Positions 13,206 through 27,139 of a stretch of DNA of 64,000 bases are shown here, in pieces. Under the pieces are notes generated by a model that did no database searches, was not told where the DNA came from, and was given only the letters and a program-made list of their open reading frames with translations. A program made the position numbers and the translations under genes. Origin of the DNA: Macrostomum hystrix (lineage: Eukaryota > Animalia > Platyhelminthes); assembly GCA_950097015.1 (NCBI GenBank), contig CATNEN010000001.1:20150001-20214000 (forward strand). The letters run 5' to 3'. Within the stretch, counting starts at the first letter, position 1, and each line of letters opens with the position of its first letter.

Positions 13206-14816
13206 CTAAACAATGTGCGACTCCCTCAGCGTGGTGTCCTGCAGCCTACAAATGAGGCTGCTCTCCGGCGAGGTGAGGCTGTCGTGCGCCGACTTCTGAT
13301 TCAAAACAATCAGCCGGCTCTGTCTCTGGCGTCGGCCGCGTCTTCGTCTGGCCAGCAGGCTGCAGGTCAGAGCTACAGCCGAGATCCACACAATGCCCAG
13401 AGCGATGATCACCCACTGGGCCAGGCCGACGATTTGAATCGGCGCCAACAGGTAGGACTTGAACTGGCCAGCCGAGACCGGATCGATGCGGCCAGACTCA
13501 TTCAACCACATCAGCGGCAGCATGAGCATGGGGTCCGCCAGCTTCTCAGTGTCGCTGAATCCCTCCACCCGTTCCAGCATGATGTTCATCTGCATGCGAC
13601 GCTGCGCGCTAATCACAAAGCCGGTGTTTGGCTCAACGCAGATCATTGTGCCGAACTCTTCTTCGCTTGGCTGCATGCCGATGACAGCCTTGGCGTAGGT
13701 TGGCGCCCCGGTGAAGTGCGGAGAGGAGATGGCCAAGGGTACGCCGCCTTTGCACAGGCTGATGTTGAGCACACCGGAGTCTAGACAGCCAGCCTCTGAG
13801 CAGTAAGCACGATTCTCTGGCCTGAGCGTGGCGTTCAGCATGATTTCTGGCGACGGTCGGAAGCCGAGCGCTGGAATGCCTTCAACATCGGTCGGCTGAT
13901 CGTAGACTAGCTGCAGGGAGCGACAGATGTCAATGCTAAAGATGTCCAGGTTAGACTTGGGTGTCACTCCGGGGCCGAACATGCTGCCATCCGTGCCCAC
14001 AATCTTGTTAGCCTGCGCGTCTGGCCAGATACTTATCGACGGCTCGCCGTTGTACAGCTGCACCCTGTTAAAACTGGACAGGTTGCCTCGACCAGTTTGA
14101 ACCAGAAACTGGCCCTTGTGCGTGTTGTTAGTGCCAATGAACAGGCCTGTGGTGGTTTGGAAGGCCATTCTGGGCATAAAGCGTCGAACGATGCCTTCTA
14201 CAACCTTGAGTGCGCCATCAGTGTAGCCGTGGAGTATCTCGGAGGCGGGTCTGGTGATGAACAGGCCGCCGCTCCGCTGCGCAAACAGCCTGCCAGCCAT
14301 GACGCGATAGTGCGAGGACACAGGCTTCATTCTGATGCTTGTCACCGCGTAGGGCATGTTGACGGATGTGATCATGAGGCTGGAGATATTGCCACAGGAA
14401 CTCTCGGGCAGGTAGAAGAACTGTTGGTACTCCACAAAGGACACCGTGTCATTCGGATAGAATGTAATGTTGGCCTTGTAGCGGCGTTCCGCAAATGCGA
14501 ACGGGCCAACCTGTTGAAGGACGGGCCGCTCGCCGCGAGTGACCTCTTTAGGGTTCGTGACATTCCACAGCCAGATCTGGAAGGTGATCTTGTTCGGCGG
14601 CTCGGACCAGCCGCGGTAGGACATGGATCCATTGGCTAGCGGCATCAGCACCTTCAGCTGCTCTTGGAAGACATAATCAAAGACAAACGTGATGCCAACG
14701 CCGACGGCGATGCAAAGCAGGGCTAGGAGCCCGCAGCAGCAGCCGGCGCAGCGGCGGATGCAGCGCCTGCAGTCTCGGCTCTGCTTTCGGCCAATCACAG
14801 CCGGCTGTGAGGGCAT
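13206..14816 (-). CDS. CD36/SCARB (LIMP-2/SR-B1-like) scavenger receptor class B, 536 aa, intronless CDS
   Basis: Two terminal TM helices plus family motifs LWNVTNP, QVGPFAF.E, GTDGSMFGP, DICRSL, SSPHF, EPNTG..ISAQRRMQ and PLMW. Confidence 0.96.
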   Translation of the reverse strand: MPSQPAVIGRKQSRDCRRCIRRCAGCCCGLLALLCIAVGVGITFVFDYVFQEQLKVLMPLANGSMSYRGWSEPPNKITFQIWLWNVTNPKEVTRGERPVLQQVGPFAFAERRYKANITFYPNDTVSFVEYQQFFYLPESSCGNISSLMITSVNMPYAVTSIRMKPVSSHYRVMAGRLFAQRSGGLFITRPASEILHGYTDGALKVVEGIVRRFMPRMAFQTTTGLFIGTNNTHKGQFLVQTGRGNLSSFNRVQLYNGEPSISIWPDAQANKIVGTDGSMFGPGVTPKSNLDIFSIDICRSLQLVYDQPTDVEGIPALGFRPSPEIMLNATLRPENRAYCSEAGCLDSGVLNISLCKGGVPLAISSPHFTGAPTYAKAVIGMQPSEEEFGTMICVEPNTGFVISAQRRMQMNIMLERVEGFSDTEKLADPMLMLPLMWLNESGRIDPVSAGQFKSYLLAPIQIVGLAQWVIIALGIVWISAVALTCSLLARRRRGRRQRQSRLIVLNQKSAHDSLTSPESSLICRLQDTTLRESHIV

Positions 14817-15949
14817 TCTCTCTCGCTCACACAGCTAAACTGCGACTCTGAAACCAGTGACAAAGCCGCAGAGGCAGGGTCGGCTTAAAGCTCGGTTAAC
14901 AAGAGACGCGCGGCCTTTCAAATCACTCCAAATATATACGTACTGAGGAGAGACAGGGCGACCAAGGGAGCGATCTAAGAAAATTGTGGACACAACGTCA
15001 GCTCTGAAATAGTAGCTGGCGGTGCAGATTATGTGCAGCGATTGGATCTCTGAGAGGGTCTGAACTGTATACCCTGCCTCTCTCTCTCTTTGGCACTGCT
15101 TTGCTTTCGTGCAAATTATAATATTCCGTTGGTCTCGGGGATAAGATAAGATATTAGGTATTCGGTTGCGGCCGGGAAAAACTCCAGGTATTTGGAGCAG
15201 CCGGGGCGGCAGCAACAGCAGCAGCAACAGAAACAGGAAAAAAATGTGAGTAGAAAACGTCATTGTTAGCAACTATTGCGATCGGATGTCAGAAATCTAA
15301 TATCGCCCACCTAAATGTAAATATGTGACTCAATTGAGCAGTGAAGCAAATAATCTAGATTAGAAATCAGAGAATTAGAAATTAAGATTCTTATGAGACT
15401 ACTGTACATAGAGACCAGTTTACAGCTCATAGTAGCTGATAAACAAAGCCTAACACTGTGCAAAAGTTACACTTCAAGGTCGAGTACTCAAGTCAAACAC
15501 TGACAAACAGTTGACAGCTGGAAAGTGGAGCTTGTAAGCTTTAAGCCGAGAAAAAGATCTTGCGAATCGACTCACTGACCGATAAGAGCGAGTGTTGCAG
15601 AGCATTCGGTGGGGACAATGTCTTTACCTACATAGGCCCATTATCTAATCAATTCTATCAAGCGAGCTATTATATGTACGCTGTCACAGCTCAATGGTGA
15701 GATTGAGCTGATTTGCTAAAGCACAGCCTTCATAACAGTTCAGTTTCTGAATGTGTGAAACGTGCTTCTTATGCCAATTCTAATCTATTTGAGTGTTTTT
15801 ATACATCTGGTCAGTTAAATTTTATAATTTCTTTACGAGTAAGTATTCATAGACCAATTCGATGCTAAACACTACCTGATGAAACTCTCGGAGGATTGAA
15901 GACTGCCTGAAAATTCAGAGCACTAAAAACCTCATTATTGGGGAGAATG

Positions 15950-17952
15950 ACAGATCAACCTGAGGATTTAGGAGAGGATGACACTTCAACCTGAGGATTT
16001 GGGAGAGGATGACACATCAACCTGAGGATTTGGGACAGGATGACACATCAGCCTGAGGATTTGGGAGAGGATCACACATCAACCTGAGGATTTGGGAGAG
16101 GATGACACATCAACCTGAGGATTTGGGAGAGGATGACACATCAGCCTGAGGATTTGGGGAGGATCACACATCAAAGTGAGGATTTGGGAGAGGATGACAC
16201 ATCAACCTGAGGATCTGGAGAGGATGACACATCAATCTGAGGATTTGGGAGAGGATCACACATCAAACGGAGGATCTGGAGAGGATGACACATCAACCTG
16301 AGGATTTGGGGAGGATCACACAGCAAACCTGAGAATCTGGAGAGGATGACACATCAACCTGAGGATTTGGGAGAGGATCACACATCAAACTGAGGATTTG
16401 GGAGAGGATGACACATCAACATGAGGATTTGGGGAGGATCACACATCAAAACTGAGAATCTGGAGAGGATCACACATCAAACTGAGGATTTGGGAGAGGA
16501 TGACACATCAACCTGAGGATTTGGGGAGGATGACACATCAACCCGAGGATCTGGAGAGGATCACACATCAAACTGAGGATTTGGGAGAGGATGACACATC
16601 AACCTGAGGATTTGGGGAGGATGACACATCAAACTGAGGATTTGGGAGAGGATGACACATCAACCTGAGGATTTGGGGAGGATGACACATCAACCTGAGG
16701 ATCTGGAGAGGATCACACATCAAACTGAGGATTTGGGAGAGGATGACACATCAACCTGAGGATTTGGGGAGGATGACACATCAACCTGAGGATCTGGAGA
16801 GGATCACACATCAACCTGAGGATTTGGGGAGGATCACACATCAACCTGAGGATTTGGGGAGGATCACACATCAAACTGAGGATTTGGGGAGGATCACACA
16901 TCAACCTGAGGATTTGGGGAGGATCACACATCAACCTGAGGATTTGGGGAGGATCACACATCAACCTGAGGATTTGGGGAGGATCACACATCAAACTGAG
17001 GATTTGGGGAGGATCACACATCAAACCTGAGGATCTGGAGAGGATGACACATCAAACTGAGGATTTGGGGAGGATCACACATCAAACCTGAGGATCTGGA
17101 GAGGATGACACATCAAACTGAGGATTTGGGGAGGATCACACATCAAACCTGAGGATCTGGAGAGGATGACACATCAACCTGAGGATTTGGGAGAGGATGA
17201 CACTTCAACCTGAGGATTTGGGAGAGGATGACACTTCAACCTGAGGATTTGGGGAGGATCACACTTCAACCTGAGGATCTGGAGAGGATGACACATCAAC
17301 CTGAGGATTTGGGAGAGGATGACACTTCAACCTGAGGATTTGGGAGAGGATGACACTTCAACCTGAGGATTTGGGGAGGATCACACTTCAACCTGAGGAT
17401 CTGGAGAGGATGACACATCAACCTGAGGATTTGGGAGAGGATGACACTTCAACCTGAGGATTTGGGGAGGATCACACTTCAACCTGAGGATCTGGAGAGG
17501 ATGACACATCAACCTGAGGATTTGGGAGAGGATGACACTTCAACCTGAGGATTTGGGAGAGGATCACACTTCAACCTGAGGATCTGGAGAGGATGACACA
17601 TCAACCTGAGGATTTGGGAGAGGATGACACTTCAACCTGAGGATTTGGGAGAGGATGACACTTCAACCTGAGGATTTGGGGAGGATCACACATCAAACTG
17701 AGGATCTGGGGAGGATCACACATCAAACTGAAGAATTTGGGGAGGATCACACATCAACCTGAGGATTTGGGGGAGGATCACACATCAAACTGAGGATTTG
17801 GGGAGGATCACACATTAAACCTGAGGATCTGGAGAGGATGACACATCAACCTGAGGATTTGGGGAGGATGACACATCAACCTGAGGATTTGGGAGAGGAT
17901 GACACATCAACCTGAGGATTTGGGGAGGATGACACATCAACCTGAGGATCTG
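15950..17952. repeat. ~30-32-bp minisatellite (AACCTGAGGATTTGGG(A)GAGGATSACACATC), ~2 kb
   Basis: Long tandem array with indel variants. Confidence 0.97.
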
Positions 17953-18439
17953 GGATTGTGTTACCTAACCGAGGATGTCGGAGGACAAAAACACTTCTGC
18001 AGTTTAAGAGCAACAGGTCTGTCACTAAGACTGCAAGTGGAGCAATACTAAAGTTATTTATTTACTTTTTTAAATTACTTTTCGAAGTACGCGGGTACTT
18101 GAATCAACAAAGTTAGGCCAAGCAGGCTTTAAAATCAGTAGCTTGCCAATTTAGCATAGATTGATAAAATCTAAACTTTGAACAGCTAAAATTTTATTCG
18201 AATGCATAAAACCTGGTTTGTTTACCTGGAAACAGTTTATAGCTTACACCTGGCTTGACAGACCGTATGGTATTAAAGATAATTATATAACTGACTTTGT
18301 GAATCTAGTTGATGACAAACTCAGGTTCGAATTTGCAAGCACTTTGTGCGTTTGAAACTTGCCAAGTATATACAGGTACTAACTAAGTACTGCTAGTCTT
18401 ACAAATTACAGACAAACATGGTTTGAGATTTTTTTATTG

Positions 18440-19585
18440 TAACCCAAATGGTATTGGGATCCCTGGAACTCATTGGGTCTTGGGATCACTGTAACTCATT
18501 GGGTCTTGGGATCACTGTAACTCATTGGGATTGGGATCCCTGTAACTCATTGGGATTATGATCTTTGTAACTCATTGGGTATTGGGATCACTGTAACTCA
18601 TTGGGATTGGGATCCCTGTAACTCATTGGGATTATGATCTTTGTAACTCATTGGGTCTTGGGATCACTGTAACTCATTGGGATTGGGATCCCTGTAACTC
18701 ATTGGGATTATGATCTTTGTAACTCATTGGGTCTTGGGATCACTGTAACTCATTGGGATTGGGATCCCTGTAACTCATTGGGATTATGATCTTTGTAACT
18801 CATTGAGATTGGGATCACTGTAACTCATTGGGATTGGATCACTGTAACTCATTGGGTCTTGGGATCACTGTAACTCATTGGGATTGGGATCCCTGTAACT
18901 CATTGGGATTATGATCTTTGTAACTCATTGAGATTGGGATCACTGTAACTCATTGGGATTGGATCACTGTAACTCATTGGGATTGGGATCCCTGTAACTC
19001 ATTGGGATTATGATCTTTGTAACTCATTGAGATTGGGATCCCTGTAACTCATTGGGATTATGATCTTTGTAACTCATTGAGATTGGGATCCCTGTAACTC
19101 ATTGGGATTATGATCTTTGTAACTCATTGAGATTGGGATCACTGTAACTCATTGGGTCTTGGGATCACTGTAACTCATTGGGATTGGGATCCCTGTAACT
19201 CATTGGGATTATGATCTTTGTAACTCATTGAGATTGGGATCACTGTAACTCATTGGGTCTTGGGATCACTGTAACTCATTGGGATTGGGATCCCTGTAAC
19301 TCATTGGGATTGGGATCCCTGTAACTCATTGGGTCTTGAGATCACTGTAACTCATTGGGATTATGATCTTTGTAACTCATTGAGATTGGGATCACTGTAA
19401 CTCATTGGGTCTTGGGATCACTGTAACTCATTGGGATTATGATCTTTGTAACTCATTGAGATTGGGATCACTGTAACTCATTGGGTCTTGGGATCACTGT
19501 AACTCATTGGGATTGGATCACTGTAACTCATTGGGTCTTGGGATCACTTTAACGCAATGGGATTGGGATCACTGAAACTCATGGT
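18440..19585. repeat. ~24-26-bp minisatellite (TGTAACTCATTGGGATTGGGATCMC and variants)
   Basis: Tandem array. Confidence 0.96.
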
Positions 19586-19959
19586 GATTGGGATAGCAAA
19601 AATTTACTCAATACTTATCCCATAATCAATTTTTGGGAATTAATCCATTACGATTAGGATTAATCAAACAGATGCGAGCTTTTAAATTTGAGTAACAGCA
19701 ATCTATAGTAGGCAACCACGCATGAGTTCTGTGCAATAAGTTCAGTTCGCAGCGAACTTGGCTCGCACTTTAAAGTTCGCAAAAGCCTTCATAACCGCTT
19801 TTAATGCAAGTGAATTTGCTTTTTAATGATGCCGTTTGTTGGCCGAGTGTCAGAATTTCAAGCCTACTTAACTTAGTAAAATCAGCTGCTTACGGTCGGG
19901 AAACTTGATTCTTATGGTCCAAAGTCGAGTTCTAGACTTTTTAATTAATAGAAATATGG

Positions 19960-20380
19960 GAGAAAAGCGGAATGTTGGGGCGTAAAGCGGGATGTTGGGG
20001 CGTAAAGCGGGATGTGGGGGCGGAAAGTAGGGATGTTAGGGCGGAAAGTGGGGATGTTAGGGCGGAAAGCGGGGATGTGAGTGCGGAAAGCGGGGATGTG
20101 AGGGCGGTAAGAAGGTGTTGTTAGGGCGGAAAGTGGGGATGTTAGGGCGGAAAGTGGGGATGTGAGGGCGGAAAGCGGGATGTTAGGGCGGAAAGTGGGG
20201 ATGTTAGGGTGGAAAGTGGGGATGTTAGGGTGGAAAGTGGGGATGTTAGGGCGGAAAGCGGGGATGTTAGGGCGGAAAGCGGGGATTTGAGTGCGGAAAG
20301 CGGGGATGTGAGGGCGGTAAGAAGGGTTGTTAAGGCGGAAAGCGGTGGTGTGGGGCCGAAAATGGATGTGGAGTCGGAAA
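19960..20380. repeat. G-rich ~21-bp minisatellite (GGGCGGAAAGYGGGGATGTTA)
   Basis: Tandem array with multiple G-runs per unit. Confidence 0.93.
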
Positions 20381-22539
20381 GTTGAGATTTACTATAAAAC
20401 GAATATACAGAAAAATTAAAACTCATATAACATAACATACCTCACACGTCTCAAATGAAGTAGTGTCCGTAGTTCTTAGGCCAACAGATTATCAACAGTG
20501 TTTGAAATCTAACGAACCTTAAATAAGACATTGTTACGCTTTCAGAATATGTACCTACATTCTTATAATATTAACTGTCTTTTTTAAACTAAGAGTATTC
20601 CTAAAGTATCGTTTTCCCATGGTTGGCTAGCTGGGGCTATTTATAATTGCCGTACGATGTGCACTTTGAAATCTCTGGTAAAGGTCCGCGAACAGTTGGT
20701 AAGCGGGACAAATATTGTTGGGGTGGAAGGCAGTGAAATCTGTGGGAATGTCGGACGAGGATAAGAGAATCCTAAGGGTGGGATAGGGGCCGGCAAAAGA
20801 AAGACAAGGGAGGGGAGTCACCCAGCTAAGTTCAAGGTCGTTTTAAAATATAAGCCAGGAAATGTGCTGCAACAAATTATCTACTTTTAAAGTTTAGCGC
20901 AACTTGGGCTAGAGTGTGTAATATAATTCACCAGTGTACATCGACTGTCAGCTTTGAAATGATCCACCGAAAACCCTCGAAAATGTGTTGTGCTTTTGCG
21001 AATTTGACTTCGGGCCCAGGGTGTCAGAGGCAGGCTGGGGTGGGCTGCATTGTTAAACCCTCGCACCCCTACCCCAGGGTGGGCTAGTGTGTACATCACG
21101 GCCCAGGGGTGGGGAGGGGTGGCTCTCAAAAATGGTGGGGTGATTTCGCAAGCTGTCTGACAGTGTGCGCGCATTGGCTGAGAAAAGGGGGTAGACTGTG
21201 TGCTGGTCAGTCCGAAGAGAATCGCGCCACCACCAACACCAGGACTTTATCTTTATTATAACCGGGTCTCGCTAGCACTTTTTTCAAGGTCTTCTTATCT
21301 TTAAAAATAGGTCTCTTCTCAGTCTGGTCAGGACTCAGGACTCTGACAAGGTATGAATGAAAATGTATATGAATTTTATGGGACAAATGAACTCTCTCAA
21401 GTTGAAGTAAGTCATAAAATTTTACGAGGACCTTAAATTGCTTACTGCGCAAGCCTACATATGTCCGAATGAACGAATCGTTACTCATTACTTATTGGTT
21501 CAGGTTGCAGAATCTGCTCGGATGATGCATAGAAAAGTTGTGAGCGAACGGTATTTGCAGTGCAATTGCACTAAAAAAGAAATTTCACATAGACTTCTCA
21601 AATAAATATTGTCAGTATTTTCGCAACGAGCGTATTATTCTCGTATTTCAGTGTTGGTCCGTTACTCCTTACCTATTTGGTAACGATCGTTACTTTTTTG
21701 CAACGTTACTTTTTCGCGAATTACAAGTATATTTTTTGTTCACATTATAGAACAAAAGTCTGACTAAAAGTCTTTTAGCTTACTCTGACGACAATTTTAT
21801 ATGGTAACGTGCCCAACACAGCCCTGTTATGCACACAAGGAGTTAAGGCTGCTGTTTTGCTAGCCTCTGAAAAGCTATCTTGCAGTATTAAAATATTATT
21901 CTGTAAATTGCTCTATACTTCCTGGAAAACCAGTATTGCATCATTGGAGAACGAACCAATCGCCACGACAGAAGCCCTTGAGCATTGCAATTGCAATTTA
22001 GGTATCTTGCTATATGCAAATCGCTTAGCTTGGTTGTTAAATCAAGTAGCAGTACCCAAAATGTACCGCAGTAGCTGGGTTCTGCATCGTACACCCCAAT
22101 GTATACAATGCAGAGGCCTGAAGAAGGAGAAGAGAAGCTATTGGAAGCAGAGGTGCTGCCTGCTTGTGGGGTAGGTGGGTCAAAGATCGAGGCCACAAGC
22201 ATGCACGGGCACGAAGTAGATGCATGTGCAATATCTGCGCGTCGTTTGAATAGGTATACCATAAAATGGCTTGCACTTGCACTTTAAGCAGCATACCATG
22301 CTATCGCCGTGTTTTGATGATGAATTTCCAAGATTGCCGCGCTTTCACTGCAGATTTGTTATAACCGCTGCAGTAGAGTCACTGTAAAATGACTGATATG
22401 GGCATGGCTGTCCATTCTGCAAAGAGCCACACAGAAATATGACGTTTATAAGTTTTAGAGATAAATTTTTCAAACAAACAGACTTAATAATCGAATGGTA
22501 AAAATGATAAAAATTTGGAACGAAGACGGAAACACAGAA

Positions 22540-23080
22540 ATGTGTAAGGCTAAGACGGAAAGACATAAATAATGGGGAAGGATAATATGAAAGACCATAG
22601 ATAATGTGGAATGATAAAATGGAAGCCCATAGATAATGTAGAATGATAAAATTGAAGCCCATAGATAATGTCGAATGATATGACGGAAGCACATAGCCAT
22701 GTGGAAGGAGAAGACAGAAGCACATAGATAATGTGGAATGATAAAATGGAAGCCCATAGATCATGTCGAATGATAAGACGGAAGCACATAGATCATGTGG
22801 AAGGATAAGACAGAAGCACATAGATAATGTGGAATGATAAAATGGAAGCCCATAGATCATGTCGAATGATAAGACGGAAGCACATAGCCATGTGGAAGGA
22901 TAAGACAGAAGCCCATAGATAATGTGGAATGATAAGACAGAAGCACATTGATAATGTGGAAGGATAAGACGGAAGCCCATAGATCAAGTGGAAGGATTAG
23001 ACAGAAGCACATAGATAATGTGGAAGGATAATACGGAAGCCCATAGATAATGTGTTAGTGCAAGGCGGAAGCCCATAGGC
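22540..23080. repeat. ~32-bp minisatellite (GAAGCMCATAGATAATGTGGAAKGATAAGAC)
   Basis: Imperfect tandem array. Confidence 0.92.
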
Positions 23081-24334
23081 AATATGAGGATAATATGGAT
23101 GATGAGGTACGATAAGATGGAAGCCGATAAATCGCAATAAAATTAAAGTATACTTTGGTTTTCAAATTTTAGAATGAATTAGGTAACTATAGTTTCAGCT
23201 CATATTCCGGCTTCTAAATAAGTCGAACGTAAAAAGTCCTGAACTATGGAATAAGTGAACGATTACACAAAATTGTACACACAGTTCGCTGCAGATAGGA
23301 AACTAAAAAAGGAACACTGTCCGCTTCCGAAAGATTCGCTCGATTTCAAGGCAAACCCAGTAGATTCAACTCATGAATTCTGCACTGCGAAAAATCAAAT
23401 AGGAAAGGCAAGCATAGACATTTTTTTATTTTAAATGTCTTTTTTGCTCTGGCAAGCAGTGAGGACAGGACAGGACTAGCCGCATTCCAATGCATAGTGG
23501 GTTGCAGCATTAGGGTGCGGTTCAAGAGCCAAAGCTGCTCTCTACTCAAATACAAAAGGTGCAAGAGCAGTTTCGAGTCTAGAAAATAATCCGCTGATCC
23601 TTTCAAGGATTTCATTAGAATTGCGCAGAAATCTATAAAATAAATGCAAAAAAGTTCTCCACATTTGACTTCTCGCTCATTTCACAATGGCATTCAGCAG
23701 CGATTGAAGACACGGGTACAGTTCCGAGGCCTTAAGGAGAATTTCTGCTCAGCACGAATTGTATACCAATATACCGGCGCGGTGGGTTAGGGGGAATGGC
23801 TGGGAATTGCATGCACACATGTATGAAATGTTGGGCTCCGAGGTAATCCTAGAACTGCAGTAAGTCAGTGCCTCAAAATCCTCTCAAGCAACAGCAGCAG
23901 CAGCAGTAGCAGTAGGAGCAAGCAGCGCTGTCTTGGAATAGCTTTGCCATGGTTGCACCCGCAGCAAGAGAGAGATAAAGGTGCAATTGGGCATAGAATT
24001 CTATACCCCCTTACTAATCTCTCCGGGCATGAGAAAAGCTAATGATAGAGTGGCGTGATCAAGACCCCCGCTTGATCGTATCGCTTTACTGCGATTTTCT
24101 TATACTTTGCCCGTAGGCAGCTGTCTTTCCTTCTTCTGGTTTGGGGCAATGAGTTTAGTTCGTTGTTTGATTTAATTTCCAATTTTATAAATTGAGGTGC
24201 ACTGCCAAGGTAAAATTGCTCTACTATTACTAGTATGCAGTGCCAGTGCGTGGGCGCATATATACCACAGTACTGTTAGCTTCCGCAATTTAACTGAACT
24301 CTGGTACAAGTAAACTGCAATGCTACTTATATAT

Positions 24335-24850
24335 GTCTGTCTATAAACTGCAATGCTGTCTGTCTGCCTATCTGTCTGCCTGTCTGTCTGTCTGTCTGGC
24401 TGTCTGTCTGTCAGGGGAGGAAGGGGAGACAGGGGAGAGATGAGACAGGGAAGAGATGAGACAGGGAGAGATGAGACAGGGAGAGACGAGACAGGGAGAG
24501 ATGAGACAGTGGAGAGATGAGACAGGGAAGAGATGAGACAGGGAGAGATGAGACAGGGAGAGATGAGACAGTGGAGAGATGAGACAAGGAGAGTTAACAC
24601 ACGGGTTAGATAAGACAGGGGAGAGATGAGGCAGGGAGAGATGTGACGGAAGAGATGAGACTGGGAGGGATGAAACGGGAGATAGACGGAAGACACGAAG
24701 TGATGAGACACGGTAGATATGGGACTCTGCATCTCCAGATGAGACTGGGGGAGAGACAGGATTACTAAAGGTGTTGGAATGGGCAACGGGCCGGATTTGT
24801 GAGCTTCGAGGCCGCATCTAGCCCGCGGGCCAGAGTTTGCCGCCCCCCTG
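24335..24850 (+). mobile_element. (GTCT)n tract, a purine-rich GAGAGATGAGACA array, and the right end of a hAT/Charlie-type MITE
   Basis: 24783-24850 nearly matches 40808-40874, ending AGTTTGCCGCCCCCCTG and followed by an nnnTAnnn site. The left TIR was not found. Confidence 0.8.
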
Positions 24851-25554
24851 GTGTAACTCAAGCATTTCAACGCAGTGTCCACGGCTTATTTAGTTAAATT
24901 AATCTGTACTGCACTAAATCCAGATCCAATACTGGCAGATGTGCAAGAGCTGGATTGAGCTGCTTGTTCGTAGCCTTCAAAAGCAAGCATAGTTTACTTG
25001 TAGCTGCAACAATTACATCAGACGCCTGAAAGGGCATGCGTCATTGCTTATTGCTAAGCTTTCAATCAATTAAATTAAGCTGTGATCACCTGCGATTAAT
25101 TGGCATCAAGACAGTCTGGAAGTTACCCGGTGGGAAGTTTGCCCGCCGATGAATTCAGCAGCTCTGTCAGGGATCGCGCATCACCATCGCTAAACAGAGA
25201 AATTTAACTGTGTGCATTTAAAAAAAAATTCTCCGGGCGAGATGCGCTCGGTGACTAAGGAAAATAATTTTTTATTAATCCATAGATGCGCAGGCTCCAT
25301 ATAGCGCATACTTGCATGTATTGCAGTAAAAAACTGCTTTCCCACAGGCTAAAATTCATCTCAGTTAAACTGCCATGTCTAGTAAATACATTACATGATC
25401 GGTAGTATGCATAACTCCGTCAACGTATGGCATCTATAAAAAAAGATAGGACTTTACTGCATAATGAAAGACACCAGCGTGCTATTTCAAATATTTCAGG
25501 TGAATGCGATACCGTTATGTAAATGTAACTGCCATTTTCTATTCATATAACATG

Positions 25555-25650
25555 TGGCGGGCTGAACGTCGGCGGGCTAACACAGCTGGCTAACAATTCG
25601 GCAGGCTAACGTCGGCGGGCTAAATTTCGGCGGGCTAATGTCGTGCTCCC
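25555..25650. mobile_element. End of a non-autonomous DNA transposon with subterminal CGGCGGGCTAA repeats (possibly MULE/foldback-like)
   Basis: Five to six short repeats ending GTCGTGCTCCC, with one inverted copy (GCCCGCCGA) near 25141. Confidence 0.45.
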
Positions 25651-26469
25651 AATGGACAGCATGAAATCCTACAAGCGTTGTATTCCGGTAAAAGGTTTTT
25701 AGAGGTCTATTAATCAAATTGAATGAAAATCGTATAAAGTAAGTATCCAATGAGCAAAAATATTCAAAACTTTTAATATGCCTTTGCTTTTTTCTTTCCC
25801 CCCAAAAATACTGTACGTTTTGTTTAAACTACCGTTGCTAAATAGATTAATTTTTACAAGAATGTATCCCGAGTTCAAATCTTCAATTTATTGATAAGCT
25901 ACCTGTACGAAGTAGAATCTGAAGTACCATGGTTAATATTTTTATCTGGAAGTCACCTGTACTTGGAGCTTAACGAAGATTTTATGTAACACATAAATAC
26001 TTTAATTTTAATTTAATAAATGTTTTCGTTTTTAGATTCGCTGTTGCTTAGAACTTTGTTTTGTCTATTGTAATACATTTTATTTTTTATATTACTATGA
26101 ATCAGTTAGACCTGCCTATGTGTATGATTATGATTACAAAAAGCTATCTGTAAATCATTTTTAATATAGGTACATATATGTCCATTTATTTGGATAACTT
26201 AAATTAGCCCAAACATTTGACACAAAAAAATTAATTAAATTAAACAAGAGTATCTAGAGGCCAGTTTTTAATTATTGAAGTTTAGGCAATGTTCTACTTC
26301 CATTCGTTATATTATTTTTTCGTTTGAATTTGTGCCACACGTGCATTCTGAGTTTGAAAAAGTTGTGCTGATGTGGCTTTGCCATGACTTGACACTTGGA
26401 TCTATGTCTATGGCAAAATCTGGGAAATATGGGGGAACAGGAAGCTAAGGCATAAAAATTCTGCAGCTG

Positions 26470-26620
26470 AAGATTTCGCGAAGGCCAAGCTGCATCAAAT
26501 GCATGGCACGAGTGCTGCTCTATTCAAAAGCCACCTCGAAGAATTCTTATGGCGCCATCTATACCCCAAGAATAGCTTTAGTGCCCTCCACTACTGGATT
26601 AGGCACTTACCAGGTTTGAA
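26470..26620 (+). mobile_element. Merlin/ISXO2 (IS1595-like) transposase C-terminal remnant
   Basis: KAKLHQMHGTSAALFKSHLEEFLWRHLYPKNSF..L..I resembles the HGT....L..YL.EF.WR C-terminal motif of ISXO2-like transposases. Confidence 0.65.
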
Positions 26621-27139
26621 AGAAGAAAGACTGACCAAGACTTTTCAGAACTGTCTGACCAAACTACTGACTTTTTGTTACTGTTAAACTTGTTTTTGTC
26701 ATTATCTGTCATTTGCAAACAAAAAATACTATAATGAACGGAAGGAGAACATTGCCGAAGTTTAATTATATATGTTATGGTTAAATGATAAAATTTAATT
26801 CGTATGTGAGATTATTGCTAGCATGCTGAATGTTTTTGTATATATATTTTCAAATGCCTAAAAATTGTGATAAATGACAGTTATAAAACCTCTATTCTTA
26901 AAAGTAAAACTACCAAGGACCTTAGAAACTTTTGTCTGCCTTGGAATTATCCACCTTGAAATGTAAACACATATCAAGGCAGAGAATTCCACCTCAAATT
27001 TTACTACTTATTATTAAAAATATTGTTCTTATTTTTATTATTGACACTTTTATATCATAAAACAAAATAAATGAAGAGAACTCTAAAAATCAAGAGGTAG
27101 TGAATAAAAAATTCATAATGGCATCATGTGTCAAACTTT

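Noticed and set aside
13188-14639. Antisense ORFs over CD36-a (and similar ones over SUN, LRRC34, the orphan gene and the cGLR)
   Set aside because: Shadow ORFs expected from GC-rich codon usage on the opposite strand.
14835-15272. 145-aa ORF with a signal-peptide-like poly-Leu start
   Set aside because: The poly-Leu derives from a short CAG/CTG tract, there is a non-ATG start call and no recognisable domain. It is probably CD36 upstream sequence.
15950-19585. CRISPR-like regular arrays of ~25-32-bp repeats
   Set aside because: Head-to-tail units with no unique spacers, no cas genes, and a eukaryotic context.
19960-20380. Interstitial telomere (contains TTAGGG)
   Set aside because: TTAGGG occurs once per 21-bp unit and never in tandem.
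21809-22400. Cluster of short ORFs in moderately GC-rich sequence, with a possible hAT-like end at ~21648
   Set aside because: No recognisable motif, no consistent frame and no matching second terminus. It may be an old TE relic but cannot be supported.
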